Positions 21,640 through 35,800 of a stretch of 64,000 nucleotides of DNA are shown piece by piece. The position numbers and the translations under genes were made by a program. The notes below the pieces were generated by a model. It had not been told where the DNA came from. It was given only the letters and a program-made list of their open reading frames with translations, and ran no database searches. This DNA is from Marsupella aquatica (taxonomy: Eukaryota > Plantae > Marchantiophyta). The stretch's first letter is position 1. Each line of letters starts with the position of its first letter. The stretch is taken from the NCBI GenBank assembly GCA_973895155.1, contig OZ316895.1:11667958-11731957 (forward strand). Direction: 5' to 3'.

Positions 21640-24600
21640 ATGAAATCCCTGCTCAGACCTTTTGCTTCGATAGGATACCTAAGCTCAGACGGGATCCTAA
21701 GGACAAGTATTTTTGTACTAGGGATGGCATGGAGTAAACTGATGGACTTTGATAGTGTTTTGGGGATCCCATCCAAGTTCAAAGGTTTGTATGTAGAGCC
21801 CGTCGAGCTTACTACTAGCTCGTGTTTCTGGTCGTCCCCTTACTTGTTTCTTTTCCTTCAGGAATAGACACTGTTCTATCGCAATTGACACTAGGATACA
21901 GCACACTCAACACATGCATAGCCCCCATCAACCGCAGGGATGGGCAGAGCAAGCATCAGCTGAAGTCAGCGACAAACCATAGAGGCCAAAATGGCAAGAC
22001 CAGACGACCACACAGGCCTGATAGAAACCCGGATAGAAATCAACACCAGTATTTACTTAGACTGTAAGAGAATTCGAACAAGGATGGGAGAAACAGGATA
22101 AATTTACGGGAATAGCTGGAACAAAGTAAATAAGGTCGTTGTATGCAACTGAACTATTTTCCAGCTTTTGGAGCAAGTCGAGGACTAAACCCTCATTTCC
22201 ATTTCTCTTTCTTTTTTCTTGACTTAAAAGGCACTTTTTACCAAGTGAGACACCAACTGAGTCAATGCTGGCCCTGAGTACGGTAGTAGCCAAGCTCGTG
22301 GCCACGTGGTGAGGAATTACCAGAAGGGATCAAGTCATTGAAAATTGACGTCCCATCACAGCTCCCAAGAAATTGAAGTGTGAATGGACCTCCCTATTTG
22401 GCAAAATGCTTTGGGGCTCTGACCTTTGTGTGAAAAATAATAAATAATAAATGCTTGGATAGAATTTCTCAATCTAGATGGACCCCAAGGAAAGAATCTT
22501 TTCTGCTCTGATGATAGATATTTAAGGAACGTGACAGAAAACGAGGGTCATCTAGGGGAAATTCTTAGTGAAATTTGGGGATATTCGACTTCTTGGAAAG
22601 TTAGATCTTTCCAGAACATCTCTATCGAACCCAAGAACATCCAATATCAGCATCATATCAAGGCAGAAGGTGAAGGTCAAAGTTGAAAGCGGAAAGGGTA
22701 CAGTGAGCGAAGGGGTAATCTTTGGGAATTTGCAGCACTCTCAATTCTTCATGAGAGTTGGCCATACTAGACTAGTTAGAAATGTCTTTCAGGCTACTAG
22801 TACTAAGAACACAAGAACAGCCAATTCCGCTGCAGATCAAGGGAGAAATTGAAAATCAAAGTTCGCTGATCAAACACTTTAGCGGGTAGAATATGAAGCA
22901 GTTAAGGTGTAAAGGATGTTACGTTCCATGGAGATTGTATGTTCCCAAGCTAGGCCTATCCTGGGTTAGATTAGGGTTCCCAATGTCTACTTGCACCTGA
23001 TTATATACAATAGACCTGACCTTCAGACAATTTGATGATTGTAACCTGAGTAGATTGGAAGATCCTAAGTCAGACCCGGGAAGTCAGAACCCCTTTTCCA
23101 AGTATATAGGCAACCTCAGAACGACATGTGTGTTAGTTGCACCACCTTAGTTAGACCACATGGTGAACTCCATTGTGTCAAAACACTCCCTGAACTCTCA
23201 CTTCCATGTCAAGTAAATTTTTCTTTCAATTCACCTTATTGAGGCCGGGATGGAAGGGAGAATGGTCCCAAAGAAATCTTTCTTTACGTCTCCAAAAACA
23301 GAAATATAAGAAGCTTTTAGATGAAATAATTCGATCCTGATACATGACGTCTTTAAAACAATTCGGAGAGGGAGAATCTATATGTCCAGTTTGCGAGATC
23401 AATGGCTTCAAACCCTGTCTAAACTAACTCTCCATATATAGATATTAGAAGTCCGATTGAATGAATACCTGGAGATGCTAAGACATAAACAACATATACC
23501 CACGCGTGGAGGCCTTCGATAAACAGAACTCCCTCCACACCTGCCAGAGAAGACCCTTGCCAGTAGCTGCAGATCTTTTGCTTCGGATGTCATTTGCCAT
23601 ACAGATCAAATTATTTGAGATCAGAAACCAGATTGTTCAACAAGCGGACAACAAATGCATTCGAGGCTTTGACTGGATGGCTATGCATCCAAGGAGCATT
23701 TGTTCAAACCATCAAAGAAAAACATATTGTTTGGAGTTCCCACAGTAGTTCTTAGTTACCTGACATTCTCAAGAATTCTGGTGTTGCATCTTAATTCTCT
23801 TTTACGTTTGAGATATCTAGACTGGCATCGCATTCAACGAAATTGACTACAATGCCAGCTACAAATTAACTAATTGCAGAATTTTCTGGAAGTCAGCCAA
23901 ATCTTTTAGCAAGCGAACGTGGGAAACCTGGAAGAAAATTTGGCAGGCTCAGATTCTCCACAATCAACTAGGATCTTATATGACTCCCAGTCTAAAACTT
24001 TAGCCTCCAACTGGCCTCAGAAATTCCGAGAGAAATTTCAGAGAGCAGAAATAGAATCGGGAATAGAATTAGTCATCGTTGATTGATCCTAAACGTCCAA
24101 GTTGAAAACATGTGAATCTCTGAGAAAGAGTTGAGAAAATAATTCACTGCTCACAATGAAGCTCAATGCTAACTAGTCTGGGAAGCTTGCAAGTCAAAAA
24201 TATTGTTAGCACAATCTCAAGTACAATACTTAGGCTTTTACGCATGCTTCTCGATGGGATAAACCAGATCACAGTCTTCCGTGATCCTTGGAAGTTGCAA
24301 TAAATACGCTCTACAAAGACAGATTCTTGAAAATCTGAATAGTTACTTTGGAGTTTGTCAACGTCAGAAAAATTACCTTGACTCAATTCGTAGTACACAA
24401 ATCAAAATGAATAATGGAGAAGTAACTACTGACATCTTGAGCAGAGCATTGTCCTGGACATGACTATCATGCAGTTTACGTTCTCGGAAAGGATGCTATT
24501 CAACCTGTATTCATTCTAGTATTAATACTAATCAACCAGGAAAAAGGCTGAAGGAAGAGTCGACAAGATCATACTGAAAATTATAAGATCTGATAAGGAA

Positions 24601-25540
24601 ACGTTCTAGATTTTTTGAAAAACTTAAGATCTGATACGGCAACCTTCACTCTAGAACGTTTTGCGTACTGAGGGTGAATTGTATTCGACCCTACTTAACT
24701 GTTGTATCATTCAGACCTGGACGTTTGGAAAGCAAATACGCGTCGCATTCTCTAGCGTTCAATATCCTTTCAAACTGTCTTCTTTTCCGACGTCCATGTG
24801 TCCAACAATTTGCTGACAGCTGCATCCTGATCCACTCTTGAAACCTGATCAATTTGGCAAGAATGATTTTTTGTTGCAATCTTCAAATCTTGAAAGGACG
24901 TGCGTTCTCCAGAAAAGGGTGTAAAGCTCCTATATAAGGATCCTCCAACGTTGAGGAAATAAATGGGGATATGAGGACCCTAGAATGCAAATCTTCAAAC
25001 CTCCACAAAATTTGAACTCCTGTAACAGACGGACTTTATCTCCCCTGGGGAACATTATGAAAGTCTCTGAGCATTACAATGTGCACCTACACAAAATTAG
25101 GACTCCTGAGTGTGTACATTGTAACAGAACGACGATCAGAAAGGTTTCCAGCGGGGCGAAGCAAATTAGCATCCTCTTTAACTAGAGATCTTGTCCGTGA
25201 GAATCCAGTTTCACCGGGATAATAACTACTCATAGAAATCTTTCGTCCAGATTCACAAAACTCACGGAGTTCGGGGACCTCAAACTTTGACAAGAGCGAA
25301 TGCTTCTTCTCCGTGAGCATGATTAAACTTTAGAAGTGGCGGAATACCGAACATGTAGTTCGAGACCCCTTATGATACATATAGTCCACAACGAGTTTTC
25401 CTGACTGACTGTACATCCTTCTCTACCGAACCAGGAAACTCGCTCCCCGTCTCGCTCTACTTCTCTAAGCAATTGTAACGACATAGCTAGAATTGGGCTC
25501 AAGTGGAGGAACTGACTAAGTAAAGATCCAACCATTCGTT
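21640..25540 (-). pseudogene. Highly degenerate LINE (L1-like) ORF2 relic
   Basis: Colinear minus-strand remnants: LSDRRSV (~SDH-P endonuclease end), EFKF, KRPGLND (~KSPGPDG), FIPSRSMRKSL (~GFIPGRSI), ERFLWD (~RxFLW) and ELGWDP. Many stops and frameshifts; boundaries are approximate. Confidence 0.55.
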
Positions 25541-27204
25541 CAAATATGCGCCTCAATGCCTGAGTTCATATTATCACAGCGTTCCTACAGATGGCAGGGC
25601 CTTATATTATTGAAAGTGGGCTACTGGTCTTGCTAGCTCTATAAAATGTGGGCTAGTGTCAAGGTACCAGTTCAGTTCACCAGTTCGCCACCTCAAGACG
25701 CGTTGGTCCACGCCTCAAATTCAATGAACTATTGAATGATTCGCCAGTGCTCCAAACGGATGGCTAGAAGTCCTGACGACCTTGCCATATATGCCGTGCC
25801 TTGGCTTGGCTTGGCACACAGGACATTTATAAGTTGGATTGGCACCGTACATATTGGATTGAACTACCGTCGCCTCGGTGGTTCTGTCCATGCCGCTGGT
25901 GTTCATGTGCCACCGTGCGTCGCTAGCCACATGCAGTCATCCCACAGAAGTGAACCGAAGTGCCGAAGGCCCAGAAAACGGCGAAAAACTTCATTGCTGC
26001 CACACAGCAGCTCACCACAACCAACATACTGTATCAATCGATCAACAATTCCGCAGACGAATCAATGTGACACCAGATGCCGAAAAACAATAGGAAGACA
26101 GGAAACCAGCTCGCTAGCTATTCCGCCAGCCAGCCAGGCGACTTGTCACCCATACTCGAAGTCCCAAGCTTCGATCGATGAAGTACTGTACAACAACAAC
26201 CATTATATCATGACCACTAAAAATCTCAAGGTGATCCAGCAGTAACTTGGACAAGAATAAGTCTCATTATTACCTCAAGAATGCACTGGCTCACTACCCA
26301 TCAGAGACACTACCTAGCTACAATAGCTGCCTCCTACAGTAGTTGCCTTCTGCAGAACCACAGCAGTGCATCATGATGCTGTGTAAAGCACTGACAACCT
26401 CTATGAAAACGCCAAGCGATGTATTATCGTAATATAAGCTGCAAGCTCTTCTGGATGCGAACATATCAGATTCCCTGTGTGTGCCTGCAATTGCATGCCT
26501 GGCTGCTCTAACTACTGGTGGGCGAGTTCAGGCCAGAACCCAAAATCGGCAGCCTTTGCCACTTTTTGACCGTTTGTTGTGGTGATCGGCGGTGCTGATG
26601 ACCCACTACACTTTTCTAACTTTGCTCGCAGCTTTTTAGGTCTGATCCAACCCGTTGAATATCCTATTGGACAGTCCTATTTGCACGGCCTAATAAGTCG
26701 AAATGGTGGGACATGGCCCCACGGCTTACCAGCCTTACCTTCTGGCCTCCAAGAGACTTTACTCCTTAGCCACCAATTTACCAAATATATGCATAGAAAA
26801 GCTTCATGATTGTTTACATTCTACCTTTCTAGTGAAAAAGGATAAAAGGACCAATTTATCATATAGGGCGGAACAAAATACAATGGAGTACATTTTGTTT
26901 CAATTTGTCAGTGAAGATTCCTCCCCTGACAAAAAGCAAACCTCAAAATATTCCAGAATCTATTGAAATATTAGGAAGACGCACCGAGTATCGTCTATCA
27001 CGAAGGAATCTTATCTGTACTTTTCCAGATGAAATTGCTTTTCCCTTCTTTACTTTTCCCCTGATAATTGTCTCACCTACACTCAAAGGGAGAGTTGTGA
27101 GTTCACATGGGAGACTTGTGGCCAGGACTGATATTCATCCCAAAATATATTTAAAAAGATAGTATTTTTCATCTCATCAATATGTCATACTAGCTTAATG
27201 CCCA

Positions 27205-28330
27205 TTCATTGCACAAACGATGCATTAAAAGATGTTGCATAAAAGATATAGTCAAATTTGTTCTTGTGCAATTAAAGATGTCGTTGCACAAAACATATGG
27301 TCAAAAGCAAGCTTGAGGGGTACTGGAAAGTCTCCCATTTTCTCCATAAAGAGTACATACTACTTGCCTATATTCCAAGAATATTGCACAATAACCAAAA
27401 TGTGACATATATGGAATGGTTATGATTGTTTGGAAACGATTCAAATGTTAGATCTTGCATGTCAAATATTTGGAAGTGTGCACAACATATATTGCTGGAA
27501 GTGCCCCCATCCTTGTGGAAGTGTGTCATTTCCTTCAATCCTTTAAAAGTGTATGTCCTTAGTTCCAAATGCCTCCTTTGGTACCCACTCAATCTTGCAC
27601 TTGACCATATCATTGTGAACAAGGTGCTATCTTGTTGCACAAAAAATGTCATTGTACAAAAGATGTCATGGACGAAAAGATATTGTTATGTGAAAGCAAC
27701 TTCGTGAAAGAGGTAGAACTTGTGTAAGAGATAGCGTTCCACAAAAGAGATTGTTGTGTAGGATTTCAAATGTTGGGTAAAAGACGCCATTGCATAAACT
27801 AAGGATATCATACAATGCAGTAGTTGCATAAAATGTTAGTTTATGCCTCTAGTAAAACCCGGGGTACAACCTATTTAATTTCTTTCACAATACTAGTTAG
27901 GATGGGAGTTAGGATTCAGGTATGATAGCACTTTTTTAGTTCCAGGCTCCCATAGACCATGGAAGGAGGTATGCCCGAGAGGAACACAAACTTGCGCTCA
28001 CACGTGAAGATTCACTTTTTAGGTGCTAACAAGTGAGGGGGTGTGAGGAGGAGCTCTAGCGCATTGATCATATATGGCGGGTGTGATCATTTCATATTTC
28101 TGGGTTTCGAGAGTGATCATTTCATATTTCTGGGTTTCTCTCACAACCATGCTCATAGCCTGGACGGGGTGACCCACAACATTCAGTGTTAATGTCCATG
28201 AATGTTGTTCACATGTCTTGACAATATCTTGTTTGGTCTACATTACTCCCAACAAAAACAAATATATAATTGCATTTAGGTTTTCATTGACTAGAAGATG
28301 TTGTGACATAAAATATGCACGTTGTGCAAA
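27205..28330. repeat. Degenerate ~20-bp repeat tract (aaagatgt(c/t)(a/g)ttgcacaa), interrupted by a solo LTR
   Basis: Repeated aaagatgt...gcacaa/gcataa motifs at 27205-27300, 27630-27830 and 28290-28330. The same motif occurs inverted at 46131-46760. Confidence 0.55.
27834..28254. mobile_element. Solo LTR, copy A
   Basis: TGTTAG...CCAACA termini with A-rich matching flanks. Colinear similarity to 48868-49231 (cccat(a/g)gaccatgg..., ggaacacaaacttg(c/t)gctcacac, gaggagctctagc). Confidence 0.7.
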
Positions 28331-28724
28331 AAATGGAGCTCTAGTAAATAATAAATTTGCATAGAACAGATTACAATTTATGAAGTGGAAAAACATGGCC
28401 AACATCGCAAAGTGAAGATAATACACACAATGAATTCTTTATTCATTTTAGTGGAGAAGTTCATCAAATATTATTAGTCAACTTTGTGCAAATGCCTTAA
28501 TAGCTAGAACTAAACTGTTTATCTTTGTAGTAGGACATGTTGCTCTTTAAAAAGAAGTCAGCATACAATTAAACCATGACTACAATTGACTATCTGACCC
28601 TCAGCCCTTAGCACACTTAATACAGAACCTCCATGCAAACTACTCAAGGGGTGTTTTAATCCCATTTTGCAATTCTATTTAAGTTTTTATAGAAGAAAAA
28701 CCCCTGGTTGTACTTCGCAATCGG

Positions 28725-28940
28725 TTATAATCTTTGGGCCCTCAGTGTTAACTAATATGAGAGTACATGTGAACGCTCAAAGGGTGTATTTTATCCATTT
28801 GAAACTACTAATTATAATTATTACCGGCAACAAGGGAACTTTTTATAGAAAAATGAAAATAACAAGGGGTAAGAGGGAAGGGGTCCCAATCGAAGGGGGG
28901 TTCACTTTGAATCTTCGGAGTGAGGGCCCAAGGGTTATAA
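28725..28940. mobile_element. Degenerate MITE-like inverted-repeat element
   Basis: Arms ttataatctttgggccctca (28725-28744) and tgagggcccaagggttataa (28921-28940). Confidence 0.45.
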
Positions 28941-29808
28941 TGAAGTCAAATTTATGGAGTTTTTCTAAAATGTCCCAATTAGTTTTCTCTAATTAAGGGT
29001 GGTAAGTATGGGTGTGTCACACGACACTATAGTATTGCTCCGCATGTCTTTACATGATCCGAGCATGTCGCACATTTGGGGGGAATATAGATTAGGCTAT
29101 TTTTTTCCAAGCCCGTTGCCAAGTTTGTGCAAGAGGATGGTTCAAGACTTGGAGGTGAGTTTGGGAGCAAGGGGGATTGTGAGTTTCAGGGTGAGTTTAG
29201 GAGTGATGTTTGAAATTAATTTTGGGAGGGGGATATCAAGGTTTAGGTGCCTGCAAAACAGCACAAGCCATCCAGGGTGCCCTAGATCAAACGGCCTCCA
29301 TCAAAGGCAACAATGGAGCGGGCTGAGGCAGGGGCAGGCAAAGGGGAGGAGTCTTTCGAGCCTGCAAGTTCTCTTGCCAGTCTTGCCTAGCATCACAACT
29401 GCACACATGATTGAACACCCCATTGCATACTCAATGGGGCTTGTTTTCATTCTTGTCTTTTTGCTTGTTATGTAAATGTTATTTGAGGTTTAGGGTGCAA
29501 GTGTTGGAGGTGCAGCCCTTGGCTGAGGCCACTGTGGAAAGGCATAACTCCAAAACCAGCCCCTGCATGCTCTTTGTAGAGGTTACATGCTCAATTGACC
29601 GGCTGAGATGCACTTACACACAACCGCTGGTTGGCAGCCTTTCCAAGAGCTACCGAACACTCAAAGCATGGTGCTGCCGTGGGGGCTATCTTGTCATTTT
29701 CACTAACGAGGCCTGTGACCCAACCTAAGTGGTCACAATAGATTGGGCCTCTATCTTGTCATTTCACTAACCCGGCTCGGGACCTTCTACGTGGTCACCT
29801 CAGGTTGA

Positions 29809-29893
29809 ACAATACTATTTTGGCAAGATGGTTTTACAATACTATTTTGGCAAGATGGTTTTACTATACTATTTTGCCAAGATGGTTTTACAA
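29809..29893. repeat. 27-bp tandem repeat x3
   Basis: acaatactattttggcaagatggtttt units. Confidence 0.9.
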
Positions 29894-30737
29894 CACAGTT
29901 TCAAGTATTTTCCTTAGAGCCATGCATTTCCTACAGTACAATATGTTCTGGGGCCATTTTTGGACTCCCATCACTTCAAGGGAACTAATGAATAGCTAGT
30001 GACACAACTGAAGTTAGTCGGAATTGTGATCGACTGCAACTGCATGACCAGGCTACTTTTGCCTGAGAGCATCCCCTCAGCCCACACTAGTTAAGGTTGA
30101 TGGTTAATTGGTGACTTGAGATAGAGGTCAATTCCTGACCTGAAACCATCCCCATGGGTCATGCTATTTAGGTTTTATTCGCGACCAGGTATCAAGGTCA
30201 ATTTGCCTTAAGAGCGTCCCCACATATAGCACTATACAATGATTATGACTGCATTTGTTCCAATGTTCCATGATTGACTCGACTGTTGAGTACTGTTTAG
30301 AGTGTTGACATGCGCGACAGTACCGCCTATGAGCAATGCCATGCGCCAAACCCCACGCTCCCACCCATTTTCAAACCTGATGGACAGAAACAGAAAACTG
30401 TCGTGCACATTGTGCCAGAACTTAAAAACTGCCGTACACATTGTGCCAGAACGTAAAATAACTGTCCTGAGTCTTTCAAGCTTGTTGGTGTCCATTCAGA
30501 CTCAAATTCCTATACTTTGCTTTGAGTTTCTGTATGAGCATTTTTCAACGTTACGTCTCCTAGCTTGACCAGTGTGCATTCCAGACAGTCCATCCTTGCC
30601 GTCACTTTTTGCCCACATTGTACCAGAACATGAACCAGCCTCCGTAAGCGCCAACAAGCAGGGTGAATCCGAGACAACGACACAGTGTACATTCTTCCTG
30701 GCATGAGCATTAACACAAAGTAGATTTGACGCACAGG

Positions 30738-30867
30738 TCTGGCATTCAGGGTCATCTTTGGCAGGTGCACTGATCCCAGTGTACGATAATTCCTGGAATG
30801 CTGGAGGGCATTAACGCAACGTAAATCTAACACACGGTTTTCTGGCATTCAGGGTCATCTTTGGCAG
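30738..30867. repeat. 27-bp exact direct repeat pair
   Basis: tctggcattcagggtcatctttggcag at 30738 and 30841. Confidence 0.75.
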
Positions 30868-32820
30868 ATGAGCTGATCCCCACCAGTCCTCGAGTTAACA
30901 TTGATGAAGCTCCATGTGAGTGTACACAGGACCAAGTGCACATTTCCTGTCTGCAAAGTGGAGATTGGTGCAATCCACACAATTTGGCACCACTAGGCAA
31001 GACTGGGGAGAGGAATGCTACTCACTCTCCCACTCTAGCGCGTAAGGGTGCTTATAACAGGCCTTATTTGTAACTTTATAGCTACCCCGTGGGGATCAAA
31101 AACGAGCTTTCACGAGCACCTCTCACTAAAGTCACTGCCTGAACCCAAAGTTGGCAGAAAATAGGGGGGGGAAAGTGCCTTACTCCGGTCCTGCAACTTA
31201 CCGCCCCAGGTGATATGGCCGCTGCTGCATGGAGAACCCACTGAGAGGAACACCAAGAAACACGAAAAAACATAATGGGGTCTTTCGGTTATTTACAATT
31301 CAAGACAACAGGGCAATGCCTCAGACCTAACCTCAGCCCCTACATTAATAACTGGGGATTACCAACTTTCAAGGACACCTATACATTGGGATGTACAAAG
31401 CTGCAAGGGTGACACTAAGAAACTAATGCGAGTATTCTGTAGTAGTTGGCCCCGAAATATGCAGGGATTTGATATCTAACTGCAGGAGCAGATCTTAGCA
31501 ATACCCATTAAAGTACGTGATTGAAGATTGGAATAACAATCGAATATGACTTGGCAGAGAACAGCTACATTCTATGCTTTTCACAGTTGCAGTAGGAAGA
31601 AAACGGAATTTACTGCAAACAATGATGGCCGAACGGATCCAAAATCATTCCATATACACTCGGTATATTTCCTCGTGGTATACTAGTGAACTTTCAAAAT
31701 TTAACTGAACCTTCAGCAATTCGCTAAGTAAAGAGTAATCCCAGACCCAAATCTAAACTCAAATCTGCAGTTCAGTGGTCGGAACCATCTTTGTACGATT
31801 AGGGCAATATTAGAAGTGGGAAGTCTTCATGTACCATGTGCAGATTCCCAGACCAATAGATACTGAAGGTCGTACATTCAGTGTACCACTTGACCAAATG
31901 GTCATTGGCTACTCACCTCGACTGGCAAGCTTCCTCTGGAAAAGATATCAAGAGATAGGTGAAGGCAGGTAGCTATGGGGGACTTCCCGGTCCAGTCGGG
32001 AGCAACTAGGTGACCGAAGGCTGCCGCTTTGCAATCACCATCCGTTTCCAATCATGCATTCACCAACTGGCCAATCTCCAAAGCGGGACGGAGGCAGGTA
32101 TAGGCAGGCATCTAAGATAAAAAAAAACCATATACACCCAACTACACGCAGTAGCCAACCAATCTACTCTAGGCCAATCAGTACACCCTGACCAGCCCCA
32201 GTAACCTGTACACTACAGCTCCTCCTGTAGCGCCCACAGTCCCACTCCTGCTCCGGCTCACTTGACATAAAACGTTCACGAGTAGCAAAAGGGTGCTGGT
32301 CTTCAACTGCTTTCATAAGATCGCGAACGGCAACGTGGCCTGCCTTGTAATTGCCACTCGAAAGCATTTTCTCAAAAGCCCAACCAGGGGAACGAAGCAG
32401 CAGCCCCTTCTGAAGTTTCCAATATTTTGGAGAGGAAGCATGTTAACAAGGACCAAAAGCTTAGCACATATCTCCTGCACAATGGAATGGACCGACATCA
32501 AACCTCGAGGAATAACATAGAAACGTCGTGAATGCTCACAAACCCGTATAGACAAAGGACTCCCATAACGCGAGGAATTGTAGACAACTAATTCAAACTG
32601 GGTAGCAACACCATAACCCCACCCATGTTCTCCACCTTAGTATGCCACAAGTCTAGCCATTAGACACAGCTCTTGGTGGAGAGAGGCAGGAACTAAAGCT
32701 GGAATTTTGGTTGAAAATGCTTTACACAGACAAGTTTTCGAGGCGTCTGTTTCCAATATTTTACACGTGACAGCAGACAATCAGAACTCAGCAGAAAGCT
32801 GTACAGGTTTTAGGACAAAC

Positions 32821-35800
32821 CTAGCCTCCAACTTGGCTGGGTACAGCACCCCCTGCTGCATCAATTGGCAGTCGCTGCTTAGATAGCTGCTCACGCCTAT
32901 GTTCAATCTCACCGCCCCTCCCTGAGCCCGAATACCTACCGCCAAACCTTCCTCGTCTTGAATGGCCATGCTCTCGACCTCTGAACGGTGGTGGGCTGCC
33001 TGGCCGCTCCCCATTCCAAGGTGAGCTGTTGTGAGCAGTGTCTACTTTGAGACCTTGGGAAGCTTGTGGTTGAGGCCTCTGATGTTGAGAAACTGGTTGG
33101 TACTGAGGCTGCTTCTGAGAATCATTTGAGGGAGGTCCTTGCAGTTTATTCTGGGGATCAGATCTGGCCGAAGGCTGTTGAGAACTTGAAAGACTTGGGA
33201 GTTGGTCCTTGTCCACGGAGCCACCAGGAATAATTTGCGACTTATGAGATGTAGACCTTGTGGTGTTTTCATTTGAATGACCAAGATCTGTACTAGGATG
33301 AGAGCGCTCTGGAGGAGCAACCCCTGTCTGCTGCCAATGACCATCAGATGTTCCCCTTTGGTGCTGCTGGTGATGGACAGCATTTGGCACATCTCTATGA
33401 TGATCCTTTTCTGGCCCTGGTTGCCTGTACCTGGACTGCTGGTGGGTATGCGATGCAGGAGCTTGCTCTCTTTCGTGGGCAAGTGCCTGTTGTCTAATGC
33501 GCTGTCTGGGTGGCGACCTTGGCTGCTGATGTGCCCCAACACGATCTGTCTGACGTTGCTCTCTATCTGTATAAGGGTGCTTCTCATGGACGGATAGAGA
33601 AGCAGACCTTCCTTGGACAGCCCCAACTGCCAGTGAGCTTTGTTCTCGGGTGGTCGTTGCTCCTTCTGGAGCAATTGGTTGCACAGCAGGAGCAGACCTT
33701 GGTTGCTGATGTGGTCCAGAATGGGCCTGGGACTGATCTCTATCATGCCTAAAGCTTTGCGACCTGGATTGCTGATGCCCCTGTCCCCGCTCATGTGAGC
33801 CATGGTGGTCTCTGTCAAATTTTCCAGGTGCCCCATGGTGTCTATTATCCTGTGAGATATTGATCCGATGGGATCTGACATGCTCATGCGAGCTTTGAAC
33901 ATCACTCTCCAAAACTCTGTTCTTTTGACTAGATCCTGGCCGAGGTGGCTGATACGGAGTCACTCCCTCTTGGGGGGCTTTCGACTCCCTCTCGATGGCT
34001 GCCGGAGCTGGTGCTAGCAAACGGGAATGCGAGGAACTTCCTTGCTGGGAACCCTCCAAATTCTGCTGCTCTTTCTCTTCTGCAGAGGTCGAGGGATGGA
34101 CTCGACCTACCTCCCTAGTTTGATGAGAGCTTCCTGGACGGGATTGCTCAGACGTTGCATTCTGAGGTCTGCTGCGGTGATGGTTTTGTTGTGTGTGACT
34201 ATTGTGGCTTGGCTGTTGGGATTTTCCACCTGTCTCGACAGATTCGGAGTGCTGGACCTGATTGGTCTCCTTGTGTGCACTCGAACGTTCGCTTCCTGAT
34301 GTTCTTTGTCGCCAAGAAGCATGGGGACGGCTCTGCTTGCTGCTGGTCTCAGCCTGCCTCGCTTCACTTCCAAACTTGATCTCTGACAAGGAAGTTGAAT
34401 TTTGTGGCACTTCATTGGTTACAGGAACATTTGCAGATTCATTTCCTTGATTATGTGCGACCGATGGCGCCTGTTGGTGCTGTTGCATCTCTTCCTGCTG
34501 TTGTGCTTGCTGCTTCACCACAGGTTTGGGAGTATAGCGCTCCAACTCTGCCCTTCGAGCCCGACCTGTCTGCGGAGCAACAACACCTTCTTCCTTCTTC
34601 TCTGTTGCAGTATCAGAACTTGGAATGCAATCTGATCCGAAACCTCCTTTGGGACCTGCAGGATGGACACCTGAGGGTGACCTCACTGGTGCCCAAATCA
34701 TTCCCTCTCCTCCATGTGATTTGTCACCGACTCGCACATCTTGAGAAGTCCCCCTCTCCCTAGCAGGTACCCGTCTCTCTCTGGCAACTTGTGATTTCCG
34801 TTGGGGTCTCCTACTTAGCATTTCACCATTTGATCTTAGAGACCCTCCATCACTTCCAGCAATCTCAACAGAAGTAGGTTGATCACTTGCCGCAGACTCA
34901 GATTTGAGGTCCTGCGGGCCGAAGTCTTTTTGAGAGATCGCGGACGGTAGAGCCTTTGTAACATCATCACCTCCACTTACGGTCAGTGCCTTAGGTGTTA
35001 CCTTTGCAACTTCAGTCCCCGAGTCATTGGAGTCATTCCACCCTTGGTTTGAGTCCACAAAGGAAGTAGAATCAGTGGACACGGTCAAACCTTCCGGTTT
35101 CTGTTTATTTCTTCCACTATTTTTGGTTTTCTTCTTCCGAGCTGCAGCAACACCTTCACTACTAACCACATTACTACCCAAACTTAGAGTCACATCCTTG
35201 GGTTCCAAATCCAGCGGAGCACTGGTCCCCACAGGCCATCCCCCGACCTTATCGTTGCTCTCACTAACAGCTCCTTGTCCTTGGACAGGATGATCTGGTT
35301 CCACTGATGGCGGAGGCTGCCTGGCCGCCTGCTTCAGCTGTGACGCAGATTGCTTCCCTCTATGCCTTGCTTCTTGAGTTTTAGGAGGAACCTGTTGCTG
35401 CACTTGAGTACCTAGAGAACCACTTGTTTCAGGTGAGGGAACTGCTAGGTCTTGCTGCACAGGATTCGCGTGTCCAGTGGAAGGGGATAATAGTGAAGCT
35501 TGACTTGTAGTTGCTGGCTGAGATGTTGGAGATAAAAAGGATTGCTCTGTTTTCACCTGGCTAGGCAATGCGGTTGTTCTTGCTTTTGTTAGTTCACGTT
35601 GCTCACCGGGGCCCATTTTCGCTCGATGTTCTTCTCTGTTACGTCCATTGCTTTTTCGATCCCCGGCTCGTTCACGTTTTCCATGCTCATTTCTGCCACT
35701 GCGAACTCGCGGGGTACTAGCTCCCGTTCCACCACCGCTAGTCTCAAGAACCTGCACTTCCTCCGTTACCACCTCTGAGATGACAACTTCAATTTCCTCC

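Noticed and set aside
25736-26245. 169-aa plus-strand ORF
   Set aside because: No motifs, no ATG start and no supporting exon structure.
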